From positions 1 through 43,104 of the forward strand of contig DATNFC010000017.1 of NCBI GenBank assembly GCA_035606545.1: a stretch of 43,104 nt of DNA, in the 5' to 3' direction. Positions 25,240-33,582 of this stretch are shown here, one piece after another. The DNA comes from Candidatus Methylomirabilota bacterium (GTDB lineage Bacteria > Eisenbacteria > RBG-16-71-46). Each line of letters opens with the position of its first letter. Position 1 is the first letter of the stretch. The notes beneath the pieces were generated by a model. The model was given only the letters and a program-made list of their open reading frames with translations, did not search any database and was not told the DNA's origin. A program made the position numbers and the translations under genes.

Positions 25240-25264
25240 GCGACTCCGCGGGAATCGCGGTCGC
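25240..25264 (-). terminator. Candidate hairpin downstream of gmd
   Basis: Minus-strand gcga-ccgcg-attcc-cgcgg-ag-tcgc forms 9 bp with a 2-nt bulge. It lies in the 127-bp gap between gmd and the deacetylase gene. No U-tract. Confidence 0.2.
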
Positions 25265-25304
25265 GCCCTCGCTCTGGATCCCGAGGCCGGTCCCTATGCC
25301 CGTG

Positions 25305-26261
25305 TCACCGCGAACGCCAGTACTCCAGCATGTCCCGCAGCGTCTGCTCGAACGGGATCGTGGGCTGCCAGCCGGTCGCGGCGACGAACTTCGAGTTGTC
25401 GCCGAGCAGGATCGGAACGTCGGAAGGGCGCAGTCGCGCCGGGTCCTGTTTCACCTCGATCTTCACTTTCGTCAGGGCGAGGAGCATGTCGAGGGTCTCA
25501 CGAATGGTCCAGCAGCGGCCCCGGCACAGATTGTAAACCTCGCCGGGCTCGCATTTCTCGAGCGCCAGCACGTAACCGCGCACCATGTCGCGCACATCGG
25601 TGAAATCCCGCTTCGCGTCGAGGTTGCCGACGCTCAGGACCGGAGCCTTCTTCCCCGCCTCGATGTCAGCGATCTGTTTGGCGAAATCGCTGGCGACGAA
25701 CACGGGGCCGCGCCGGGGCCCCTCATGATTGAACCCGCGCGTGCGCACGCTGTCCACCTTCCAGCTCATCCAATATTGGTACCCCAGCATGTCCTGCGCC
25801 ACCTTGCTGACTGCGTAGGGCGACAGCGGCCGGAGCGGATTGGTCTCGCGGATCGGCGTCTCGTCCGGCAGGACCATGCCGTACTCCTCGGACGAACACG
25901 CGAGCTGGATCCGGGTCCCGAGCCCCAGCCGGCGGACGGCCTCGAAGATGTTCACCTGGGCGAGGATGTTCGTCATGAGCGACTCGGTCGGGGCCACCCA
26001 GGACGTGGGCACGAACGACTGCGCCGCGAGGTGGAAGATCCAGTCCGGCTTGACCTTGGCGACGGTGTCGAACGTCGAGGTGGCGTCCCTCAGGTCGCAC
26101 TCGTGGAGCGCGATCTGGCCCGGCTTCAGGTGCTCGATGTTCTCGGTACGACTACGCCAGCGCCAGATCCCGTGGAGCTCGCAGTCGCCGCGGGTGAGGA
26201 GGTAGTCCACGAGGTGGCTGCCGGCGAACCCGGTGACGCCGGTGATCAACACCCTGCGCAT
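25305..26261 (-). CDS. gmd: GDP-mannose 4,6-dehydratase (short form)
   Basis: RVLITGVTGFAGSHL, LAAQSFVPTSW, ACSSEEYG (Ser-Glu dehydratase signature), SPYAVSK, GFNHEGPRRG, GNLDAKRDFTDVRD and DPARLRPSD. ATG 26261 is preceded by GGAGAG. Confidence 0.88.
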   Translation of the reverse strand: MRRVLITGVTGFAGSHLVDYLLTRGDCELHGIWRWRSRTENIEHLKPGQIALHECDLRDATSTFDTVAKVKPDWIFHLAAQSFVPTSWVAPTESLMTNILAQVNIFEAVRRLGLGTRIQLACSSEEYGMVLPDETPIRETNPLRPLSPYAVSKVAQDMLGYQYWMSWKVDSVRTRGFNHEGPRRGPVFVASDFAKQIADIEAGKKAPVLSVGNLDAKRDFTDVRDMVRGYVLALEKCEPGEVYNLCRGRCWTIRETLDMLLALTKVKIEVKQDPARLRPSDVPILLGDNSKFVAATGWQPTIPFEQTLRDMLEYWRSR

Positions 26262-26280
26262 CGTGCTCTCCTGGAGGGAG

Positions 26281-26336
26281 GGGGGTCGAAAGCCGCGGCA
26301 GCCTAGGGGTTCAGCCGGGGGTCGTCAAAGCCGCGG
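26281..26336. repeat. Two direct repeats in the gmd leader/promoter region
   Basis: gggggtcgaaagccgcgg (26281-26298) and gggggtcgtcaaagccgcgg (26317-26336) are identical except for a 2-nt indel. Start-to-start spacing is 36 nt. The proximal copy ends about 20 nt from the gmd start. Confidence 0.6.
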
Positions 26337-26466
26337 GAATTCACCGGAGCATGAACTGCCGCAAGGCGATGCCGGCGAAACGCAGCCCCGACGACCAGCG
26401 TCCGGCTGGCTCCGGTCGACCCTCGGCGATGGCGCGCTCAGGCAGGCGTGCGCGCTCCCGGCCGTG

Positions 26467-28509
26467 TCACTTGCCCGCCGTTTGTGACAGCACCACGGTG
26501 GCGAGCGCCAGGATCACGCCCATCAGTGATTCGCCGGCGATGAGGCCGGACGACACCGGGATCGTGTACTGCTCGTGGAGCTTCGGCTTCGCCTTCGAGA
26601 GCCACAGCGCGATGCACGCCCCGATGAACATCGAGATCGAGTTGAAGCCGTTGATCGTGAACGCCAGGCCCAACCCGGTGGCCGAGGGGATGAACTTCTT
26701 CTGCTTCGGGAACTTCATCTCCAGCAGCGGGATGATGATACCGAGCGTGGCGCCGATCAGGAGCCCGATCCGCGCCGAGGGCGGCAGCGCGTTGACGCCC
26801 TTCGCCAGCAGCTCGGCCACGCCGCGCCAGACGAGCGCCGCCGGCGCCGGCCACTTCTCGCCGCCCAGAAGGTCTGTGGACGGGATGAGGATGAAGAACA
26901 CCGGCACCACGATGAGCGCGCCCGCGAACACGCCGAACAGCTGGGCGATGAACTGCTGGCGCGGCCGCGCGCCGAGCAGGTAGCCGCTCTTCAAGTCCTG
27001 CAGCAGCTCACCGGCGGCCGACGTGGCGCCGGCGGTGATGTTGGCCGTCATGAGATTCGTGGGGATGTTGCCGGGCGCCAGCGCGCCGAACGTGAGCTGC
27101 GTGATCTTGGACAGGGGCCCGACCGGAGTGATGTCGGTCTCACCGGTGGCGCGAGCGGAGACCACGACGAGGAAGAACGTGGCGAGCACGGCGACCGCAC
27201 CCATCCAGTACTGGATGTGGAACAACGCGTGGCCGAGGACGATCGCGACGAGGCCGAGGATCGCGTAGCCGGTGATGAACCACGAGCCCGGTACCTCGAT
27301 GCGCTCCATCGGGTCTTCCGTGTCGCGCTTCTGGCCGAGGAAGCTCGTGAGCGTGCCGAACGCGCGCGCCACGGCCTTCCAGTTCATGAAGAACAGCAGC
27401 AGGCCGGAAGTGACCATCATCGGCACTCCGATCCACAGCGACCACGCCGAGATCTTGCGGAAGCTCGGCGCCTCGATGACGCCGGCGCGCAGGAAGTGCG
27501 GGGCGAGAATGACGTAGTTGATGAACGCGCCCAGCATCAGGCTCCACGCCTGGCGGAAGCCCATGATCGCGCCGGCGGCGATGAACAGCAGCGAGCCCTC
27601 GAGCGACATCGTCACCTGGTTCAGGCCCAGCGGCTGGTCTTTGTAGTTCCCGAGCTTGATCCACGCCGTGCCCCAGACGCTCTCGATGCGTGGGAGCTTC
27701 AACCACGGCGCGCTCGAGGGCCAGAACCAGCTCTTGATCGGCGACCACGCCGGCGCATTCGCGATCTCCTGGACCTTCATGATCACCGGCAGGTCGCCGG
27801 CGTCGCGGAACCAGGTGATCACCGCGCCGAGCAATCCCGCGAACGTGAGCGCGCGCGCCTGACGCGCGGCCTCGCCGCCCTTCTCGTGCAGCGCGCGCAG
27901 CGTGGCGGCCGCCGCGGTGCCGGTCGGGAAGCGCAGGCCCTCGATGTTGATCATCTGCCGCTTCGTGGGGACAGCGAGGAACACGCCCATGGCGCAGATC
28001 ACCATGACCCACGGGATCAACCACAGGCAGCGGGTGCCGAAGTCGGCGGGGATCGACGCCGCGCTCAGCATCATCAGCGCCGGAATGGCGTTCACGAGCC
28101 CGCCGCTCGTCATCGAGCCCGCGGCGCCGGCCGTCGACTGGAGGCAGTTGTTCTCGAGGATCGAGTAGTGGTTCTCGGGCCACAGCCACTGGAAGAAGGG
28201 GCCGATCACCGGCACCTTGTGCGCCTTCACCATCAGCGGGCCGAACGTGCCCGAGATGAACTGGAAGATCGTGAACGCGAGCACGGCGGAGGTGATCGTG
28301 ACGCCCATGCTCCAGCCGGCCTTCAACCCGATGTAGACGTTCGAGCACGCCATGATCATGCCGAGGAACATGCCCATGATCACCGCGCGCGCCGTCAGCT
28401 GCTTGACGTGGTCACCCTGGTAGACTTTCTCGAACCACTCGCGCTCGATCTGTTCCGGTGTGCGCGGGACGGCGTCTTCGGTGGCGGCGGGAACCGTGAC
28501 GGTGGCCAC
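26467..28509 (-). CDS. OPT-family oligopeptide transporter
   Basis: LTARAVIMGMFLGMIMACSNVYIGLKAGWSMG plus about 16 TM segments fit the OPT pattern. GTG 28509 is preferred as start (GAGGG lies 6 nt upstream). The ORF-track start at 28584 sits 7 nt from a terminator-like hairpin and is less likely. Confidence 0.88.
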   Translation of the reverse strand: MATVTVPAATEDAVPRTPEQIEREWFEKVYQGDHVKQLTARAVIMGMFLGMIMACSNVYIGLKAGWSMGVTITSAVLAFTIFQFISGTFGPLMVKAHKVPVIGPFFQWLWPENHYSILENNCLQSTAGAAGSMTSGGLVNAIPALMMLSAASIPADFGTRCLWLIPWVMVICAMGVFLAVPTKRQMINIEGLRFPTGTAAAATLRALHEKGGEAARQARALTFAGLLGAVITWFRDAGDLPVIMKVQEIANAPAWSPIKSWFWPSSAPWLKLPRIESVWGTAWIKLGNYKDQPLGLNQVTMSLEGSLLFIAAGAIMGFRQAWSLMLGAFINYVILAPHFLRAGVIEAPSFRKISAWSLWIGVPMMVTSGLLLFFMNWKAVARAFGTLTSFLGQKRDTEDPMERIEVPGSWFITGYAILGLVAIVLGHALFHIQYWMGAVAVLATFFLVVVSARATGETDITPVGPLSKITQLTFGALAPGNIPTNLMTANITAGATSAAGELLQDLKSGYLLGARPRQQFIAQLFGVFAGALIVVPVFFILIPSTDLLGGEKWPAPAALVWRGVAELLAKGVNALPPSARIGLLIGATLGIIIPLLEMKFPKQKKFIPSATGLGLAFTINGFNSISMFIGACIALWLSKAKPKLHEQYTIPVSSGLIAGESLMGVILALATVVLSQTAGK

Positions 28510-28590
28510 AGCGGACCCTCGGGGTGGGACATAGGGGAGCACGACGGCCGAACCCACAGAGGTTGCGCGACGCGGCCCGCGCACTCAAGC

Positions 28591-28618
28591 CAAAAGTCGC
28601 CGGTGCGGGGCCGGTCGA
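28591..28618 (-). terminator. Candidate intrinsic terminator after the ECF sigma/anti-sigma operon
   Basis: The minus-strand RNA UCGACCGG-CCCCGCA-CCGGCGA forms 7 bp with one bulged A. It is followed by CUUUUGGCUU, just downstream of the anti-sigma stop (28629). Confidence 0.35.
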
Positions 28619-28628
28619 GAGCCGGCTT

Positions 28629-30308
28629 TCAGCGGCCGCTGGCGCCGTTCAGCTCCGCCTCCCAGCGCGTCACCGTTGCACGCTCGGGCAGGGTGGCCGG
28701 GGCCAGGGCGAGGAACGCGGTGATCGCCGAGCGGAACCTCGCCTCCCGGTCGCGGGTCGGCTCCAAGTGATACGCCTCGCGCAACGCCGAGACGTACTGG
28801 AACCGGGCATCGTCGGCCGGCGCGCCCTTCACCTGACCGAGCACGGCGGCCCACTGCTTCGCCGCCTGCTCGAATCGGGGCGCGGTGCGCTCGCGCCGCG
28901 CGACCGACGTCACGTCCCGGGCGTCGCGAACGAGCTGGCGGACGCCGAACGACTGCCCGGAGTAGACGTCGGGCGACGGTGCGCGCAACGACTCAGATGG
29001 CGCAGCGGTGTGCGTACCCGCCGCGTCGCTGAACAACGATCGCTGCTTGCCCATGAGCATCGTGGAGTTGGGCCCGAGCGTGCCCACGGGCTCGAGCGTG
29101 ATCGCGAGCGATGTCGACGGCGTGACCACGACGGTGTAAGGATCGAAGCCCACGTGCATCACGCTGAGCGTGTCGCCGGCCTTCAGGCCATCGATGCAGA
29201 ACGATCCCTCGGCATCGGTGCGCGTCGTGCGCACGCCGTTCTGGACCGCGGTCACCTGCACGCCCGCGAGCGCGCGACCGCGCGAGTCGTGCACCTTGCC
29301 GCAGTGCGGCCCGAGACCGGAGAGGTTGAGCTTCGCCCCGTCGGCGCGGCCACCCAGGACCAGCGACTTCGCAGTGCCCCAGGCGCGGAGGCTCTGGCCG
29401 CGTGCCGTGTCCTGGCTGAGCGCGGCAGCCGGCCGCGGCGCGTTCGCGGCCGGCGGCGCCGTCTTCATGGCCGGCGCCGGCGCGGCGGCAGCCTCGCTCG
29501 ACGCCTGCAACTCCTCCTTCTCGTCCTTGTCGCGCGCCGGTGCTCCCGACGGCGCGGCAAAGGGCACCGGCGCTCCCGCCTCGGCCGCGGGCGTCACGGA
29601 CTTCTTCTTCATCTGGGCGATCGCGGACCCGGTCGCGGGTGCTGCGAACCCCTGGGCGCTCGGCTCCTGGCGGGAATCCGCGTTCGCGCCCGGCGCTGAC
29701 CGATCCACCGGAACCTGCCGGCCATCGGGAAGGGTCCTCACCTCGTGCATGCGCGTGAGCTGCGAGCCCGCCGCGGCTGGGTTCGGCGTGGCATTGCGCG
29801 CGCGCTCTTCAGCCGCGGTCGGAGCCGGGGCGGTCGATGCGGTCGGCGCCTGCGCCGGCGGCTCCGCCTGCGCCCCGTCGCTCTCGCGCGGCGTCACCTG
29901 CTCGCGAAGCTGCGTCATCGGCCGCGGCGCAACCGCGCGCACGACGTTCTGCTCGTTGTGGAACTGCATCCACGCCAGGCCCGCGGTAACGAGCAGCGCG
30001 GCCGTGCTGCCCGCGAACATCCAGCCGCGCGGCGTGAACAGCCACGGCTTCTTGGGCGCCTCTGGCGCCACATCGAGGCGGCGGTCGGCGATCCGCTTCG
30101 CGACGCGCTCGGCGAAATCCGCGAAGTAACCCTCGCCCGGGTCGTGCGTGAGCGCCTTCCCGAGCGAGCCCTCGAGCGCCGACGCCTCGGCGAGACGCGT
30201 GCGGCACGCCTCGCAGTCGGCGAGGTGGGCGTCGCACGCGGCGCGCTCACCCGCCGCCAGCGCGTCGTCCAGCAGCGCCGAGAGCTGTTCGTCGGTCAGG
30301 TGCTTCAC
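28629..30308 (-). CDS. Anti-sigma factor: zf-HC2 N-terminal domain, one TM helix, extracytoplasmic CarboxypepD_reg-like beta-sandwich
   Basis: HLADCEACRTRL (H-x3-C-x2-C) and the TM helix GWMFAGSTAALLVTAGLAWM. HCGKVHDSRGRALAGVQVTAVQNGVRTTRTDAEGSFCIDGLKAGDTLSV resembles a carboxypeptidase-regulatory-like domain. GTG 30308 overlaps the sigma-gene TGA (GTGA). Confidence 0.85.
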   Translation of the reverse strand: MKHLTDEQLSALLDDALAAGERAACDAHLADCEACRTRLAEASALEGSLGKALTHDPGEGYFADFAERVAKRIADRRLDVAPEAPKKPWLFTPRGWMFAGSTAALLVTAGLAWMQFHNEQNVVRAVAPRPMTQLREQVTPRESDGAQAEPPAQAPTASTAPAPTAAEERARNATPNPAAAGSQLTRMHEVRTLPDGRQVPVDRSAPGANADSRQEPSAQGFAAPATGSAIAQMKKKSVTPAAEAGAPVPFAAPSGAPARDKDEKEELQASSEAAAAPAPAMKTAPPAANAPRPAAALSQDTARGQSLRAWGTAKSLVLGGRADGAKLNLSGLGPHCGKVHDSRGRALAGVQVTAVQNGVRTTRTDAEGSFCIDGLKAGDTLSVMHVGFDPYTVVVTPSTSLAITLEPVGTLGPNSTMLMGKQRSLFSDAAGTHTAAPSESLRAPSPDVYSGQSFGVRQLVRDARDVTSVARRERTAPRFEQAAKQWAAVLGQVKGAPADDARFQYVSALREAYHLEPTRDREARFRSAITAFLALAPATLPERATVTRWEAELNGASGR

Positions 30309-30898
30309 GTGATCTCCCCACTGCGCCCGGCCAGGCGCCGCTTGAGCTCGCCGCGCGCCCGCGACAGGCGCGACATCACGGTGCCGATCGGGATGCTCAA
30401 TGCGTTCGCGATCTCGTCATAGCTCAGGTCCTGCACCGCGCGCAGCGCCAGCACTGCCTGGTGCTCGGGCGCCAGCTCGCCGAAGCAGGCCCGCAGGCGC
30501 GCGTCGCGCTCGGCGTCGGCCGTGTGCTGGGCCGGATCGTCTTCCACTCCCCATTGCTGCCCCGCCTCCACGAGCGGCTCGATCGACGTCTCCGGGCGCC
30601 GCCTGCGGTGGCGGAACAGCGAGAACGCCTGGTTGGTCACGATGCGCGCCAGCCACGGGTAGAGCGGTTGTCCCAGTTCGAACCTCCCGATCGCGCCCCA
30701 GGCCCTGACGAACGTCTCCTGCGCGAGGTCGTCCGCATCGCTGTCGTTGCGCGTGAGCGACCACGCCAGCCGGTGCACCGCGCGCTGATAGCGGCGCACC
30801 AGCTCGCCGAACGCCTTCTCGTCGCCCGTCTGGCTCGCGGCGATCAGCGCCACGTCTTCCGGATGGGCATCTGAGGTACGCAGCGCGGGCGGATTCAT
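30305..30898 (-). CDS. ECF-type RNA polymerase sigma-70 factor
   Basis: Region 2 is FGELVRRYQRAVHRLAWSLTRNDSDADDLAQETFVRAW. Region 4 is LSYDEIANALSIPIGTVMSRLSRARGELKRRL. Confidence 0.92.
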   Translation of the reverse strand: MNPPALRTSDAHPEDVALIAASQTGDEKAFGELVRRYQRAVHRLAWSLTRNDSDADDLAQETFVRAWGAIGRFELGQPLYPWLARIVTNQAFSLFRHRRRRPETSIEPLVEAGQQWGVEDDPAQHTADAERDARLRACFGELAPEHQAVLALRAVQDLSYDEIANALSIPIGTVMSRLSRARGELKRRLAGRSGEIT

Positions 30899-30983
30899 TC
30901 CGGGCAGGGAACCGCGCCTGGGTCGGGAGCGTCAAGCCACCTTCGGCCAGCAAGTTGCCGTGTTGCAGCAGGTCCGCTGCAGG

Positions 30984-31631
30984 TCAGACGCGCTGGCGGT
31001 CGTGGCCCAGGACCACCCAGCCGCCATCCGGCGACAGGTGCTCGAGCGTGACGGTCAGTACCTGGCGCTGCTTCGAGACCCAGCCGGAGCTGCCCCCTCC
31101 GGAACCGGCACCACCGTAGAGGCTCACCCTCGGGACGTAGACCCGCGTGCGCTCGCTCACGCGCTCGATCTCGACGATCACGCGGAGCGTCGGGTCCTGT
31201 GTGGTGCGGATCTCCGCGCCCATCCGCTGCGTCGCGGTCCGGGCATAGATCGGGTACGGATCGTCGTAATCCGCGTCGCCGAAGCGGACCCGGCCGGAGT
31301 GGAAGTCGAGGCGCCGTCCGCGGTACTCGACGTGACCCACGAACGTGAATCGCGTGAGGTCGAGACGGGGCTCGCCGTCGCGGACGCCCAATCGCAGGCG
31401 ATGCCAACCGACGGAGTACAGGCCCACGACCTGGACCGGCGAAGACTCATCCGCTGACTTCAGCTCGCCGTCCACGCCCGCCAATTGGTCGCTCACGATG
31501 AACAGCGCCAGCGCCGCAAGTGAGAGCGTGATCAGGCCTGCGGAGAGCACGCTGAAGAGGACCTCACGGATCTCCGGCGGTTCATTGGTTCGGGGATGGA
31601 ACGGGTGCGCGCTCGAGCCGTCTGCGGCCAT
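30984..31631 (-). CDS. Hypothetical single-pass membrane protein
   Basis: The TM helix VLFSVLSAGLITLSLAALALFIV is followed by a beta-rich region and a GAGSGGGSSG linker. I recognise no family. ATG 31631 is preferred as start. GTG 31694 is an alternative. Confidence 0.6.
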   Translation of the reverse strand: MAADGSSAHPFHPRTNEPPEIREVLFSVLSAGLITLSLAALALFIVSDQLAGVDGELKSADESSPVQVVGLYSVGWHRLRLGVRDGEPRLDLTRFTFVGHVEYRGRRLDFHSGRVRFGDADYDDPYPIYARTATQRMGAEIRTTQDPTLRVIVEIERVSERTRVYVPRVSLYGGAGSGGGSSGWVSKQRQVLTVTLEHLSPDGGWVVLGHDRQRV

Positions 31632-31770
31632 ATGCCGGGCAGCGAACCGCGCTCGTCCGGGGGAGTCAAGCCGTTCGCCCGGAGTGGCTTTCACGCCGCT
31701 CGAAGCGCAGGCATAGTCCCGGGCGAATGCCCCGACCCGGTGCTTCGACCACGATTGTCCCGCCCCGCGT

Positions 31771-32685
31771 GTGCTCGCGGGAGGCCGCTTGAGTTATGCC
31801 GGCGAGTTCGCCGCCCTGGGGACGGCACTCTGCTTTGCGAGCGCGTCGAACCTGTTCGCCTCCGCGGCCGGGCGGATGGGCTCGCTGACGCTGAACCGCC
31901 TGCGGATCACCGCGGCGTGGGTGTTCCTGAGCATGACGATGGTGCTCGCGCACCACGCGCTGTGGCCCACGTGGGCGAGCGCGCCGGCGACGCTGGCGCT
32001 CGCGCTCTCCGGCATGATCGGGTTCATCTTCGGGGACACGTTCCAGTTCCGCTCCCTCGTCATCCTCGGCCCGGGCCGGGCGTCGCTGCTGGCCGCGACG
32101 GCGCCGCTCTTCACCACCGCGCTCGCGTGGCTGCTGCTCCACCAGGTTCCGAAGCCGCTGGCGTTCGTCGGCATGGCGCTCACGATCTCGGGCACCGCGT
32201 TCGCGTTCACGGCGCCGTCGCGGCCACGGCCCGACCACGCCGAGGGCGGGATCGGCATGGGGATCGCCTCCGGACTGCTGGGCGCGATCGGCCAGGCCGG
32301 CGGCTACGTGCTCTCGAAGGCCGCGTTGCGCACCGGCCTCGACCCGCTCTCGGGCACGGTGATCCGGGTCGGCTGCGCCTGCGTGACGCTCTGGATCATG
32401 ACCGGCGTGGCGCGCCAGATCGGGCCCACGCTCGCGGCGCTGCGCGATGCGCGCTCGACGCTGTTCATGCTCGTCGGCGCGCTGCTCGGACCCTGCCTCG
32501 GCGTGCTGCTGTCGCTCACGTCGCTGCACCTGATCGAGGCCGGCGTCGCCGCCTCGATCACGGCGGTGTCGCCGCTCTTCGCCATGCTGATCGCGGCGCG
32601 CTTCCACAACGAGCGGCTGACGTGGCGCGCGCTCGTGGGCAGCGCGCTCGCCGTGCTCGGAATCGTGGTCCTGTTCCGACGCTAG
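31771..32685 (+). CDS. DMT-superfamily (EamA-like) transporter
   Basis: Ten hydrophobic segments in two similar halves. FAALGTALCFASASNLFASAAGRMGS and GGYVLSKAAL are EamA-like. GTG 31771. Confidence 0.85.
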   Translation: MLAGGRLSYAGEFAALGTALCFASASNLFASAAGRMGSLTLNRLRITAAWVFLSMTMVLAHHALWPTWASAPATLALALSGMIGFIFGDTFQFRSLVILGPGRASLLAATAPLFTTALAWLLLHQVPKPLAFVGMALTISGTAFAFTAPSRPRPDHAEGGIGMGIASGLLGAIGQAGGYVLSKAALRTGLDPLSGTVIRVGCACVTLWIMTGVARQIGPTLAALRDARSTLFMLVGALLGPCLGVLLSLTSLHLIEAGVAASITAVSPLFAMLIAARFHNERLTWRALVGSALAVLGIVVLFRR

Positions 32686-32712
32686 AGCGCGACGGCCGTG
32701 GGTGACGCCGCG

Positions 32713-33333
32713 CTACCGCCGGGTGGAATCCGCCGGCGCCTGCGTGCCCGTGGAATCCATGTCGTCGTGCACGCCCTGGTTCGGGTCCTCCGGCACGGAC
32801 TCGACTTTCTCCTTGAGGCGCTTCATGTCGTCGAACATCTTGCGCATCGCGTCGGGCGTGAGCAGCGGCTCGAGCAGCGACACGAGCTTGCTCGCGTACG
32901 TGAATCGGCCGTCCTGCTCGACGCGCGTCGTGCCGTTGCCGAGGTCGGTGAGCGTGTAGAGCACGTCACCATCGAACTGCCCGGGCACCTCCACGTGCAC
33001 GCCGACCTGGTCCGGCGGCTCCCACAGCGTGACCGTGCCCGGCACGAGCAGCTGGGTCTTGGCCCGCGGGTCGTCCATGACCCACGTCTCGCGGTGGCCG
33101 ATGCCCTCGGCCGGCGACGTGGTGTCGGGTTTCACCTCCGCGAGCCAGCCCACCCACTGCGGGAGCTGCTCGGGCTCGGTGATCCACGGCCAGATCTCCT
33201 CCGGGGCGCGCTCGATCTCGACGCTCGCGCGCATGCGGCCCGCGTCCCTGCGGTTCGAGGCGATCCACAGCCCGAGGATGCCGACCACCAGCAGTGCGGC
33301 GATCGTCCCCACGATGCGGATGGCCCATTTCAT
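32713..33333 (-). CDS. Membrane-anchored SRPBCC (START/polyketide-cyclase-like) family protein
   Basis: MKWAIRIVGTIAALLVVGILGLWIA is a TM anchor. IERAPEEIWPWITEPEQLPQWVGW is the typical N-terminal SRPBCC strand-helix pattern. ATG 33333 has GGAGG 9 nt upstream. The ORF-track start at 33375 is less likely. Confidence 0.7.
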   Translation of the reverse strand: MKWAIRIVGTIAALLVVGILGLWIASNRRDAGRMRASVEIERAPEEIWPWITEPEQLPQWVGWLAEVKPDTTSPAEGIGHRETWVMDDPRAKTQLLVPGTVTLWEPPDQVGVHVEVPGQFDGDVLYTLTDLGNGTTRVEQDGRFTYASKLVSLLEPLLTPDAMRKMFDDMKRLKEKVESVPEDPNQGVHDDMDSTGTQAPADSTRR

Positions 33334-33395
33334 CGCTCGCGACCTCCCTGTTCCGCCCTGCGGCGGTGCATGCACGCCGCGTTCGGGGCGGGATA

Positions 33396-33563
33396 CTAGC
33401 CCGGGTTATTCATGAACCGCTAGCCGCTCCATCCTGCGTCGCGGAGCCCGCCGGCTCCTCGACGTGTCGTTCAGACACGCCTGCGTCGCCGGCGGGCTGC
33501 GCTCCTTGTCTGAAGCGGCTGTGACCCGTTCTCGTGACGCGGTTCATGAATGACTCGGGCTGG
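33396..33563. repeat. 168-bp nested palindromic element (rod-like structured RNA, MITE-like element or complex terminator)
   Basis: Outer arms 33396-33420 and 33539-33563 match at 22/25, with all three mismatches G-U compatible on the plus strand. The second stem is 33422-33428 with 33514-33520 (7/7). The third stem is 33441-33455 with 33488-33502 (14/15). The apical hairpin is cgtgtc-gttca-gacacg (33463-33479). Confidence 0.7.
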
Positions 33564-33582
33564 CGGGGCGCGCTGCGGGCCG

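Noticed and set aside
26351-26983. 210-aa plus-strand ORF starting in the gmd-OPT intergenic gap
   Set aside because: Most of it is antisense to the well-supported OPT transporter gene. There is no motif and no SD.
30930-30960. Possible ECF-type promoter (GCAACTT ... GACGC) in the 85-bp gap upstream of the sigma gene
   Set aside because: The spacing (~18 nt) and the -10 element do not match any ECF consensus I can name with confidence. It cannot be supported without comparative data.
33411-33548. Roughly 45-codon minus-strand ORF running from the ATG in one arm of the palindromic element to the TGA in the other arm
   Set aside because: No SD. The composition is like the surrounding non-coding DNA. 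Its start and stop are by-products of the palindromic TTCATGAA core, so it is more likely incidental.
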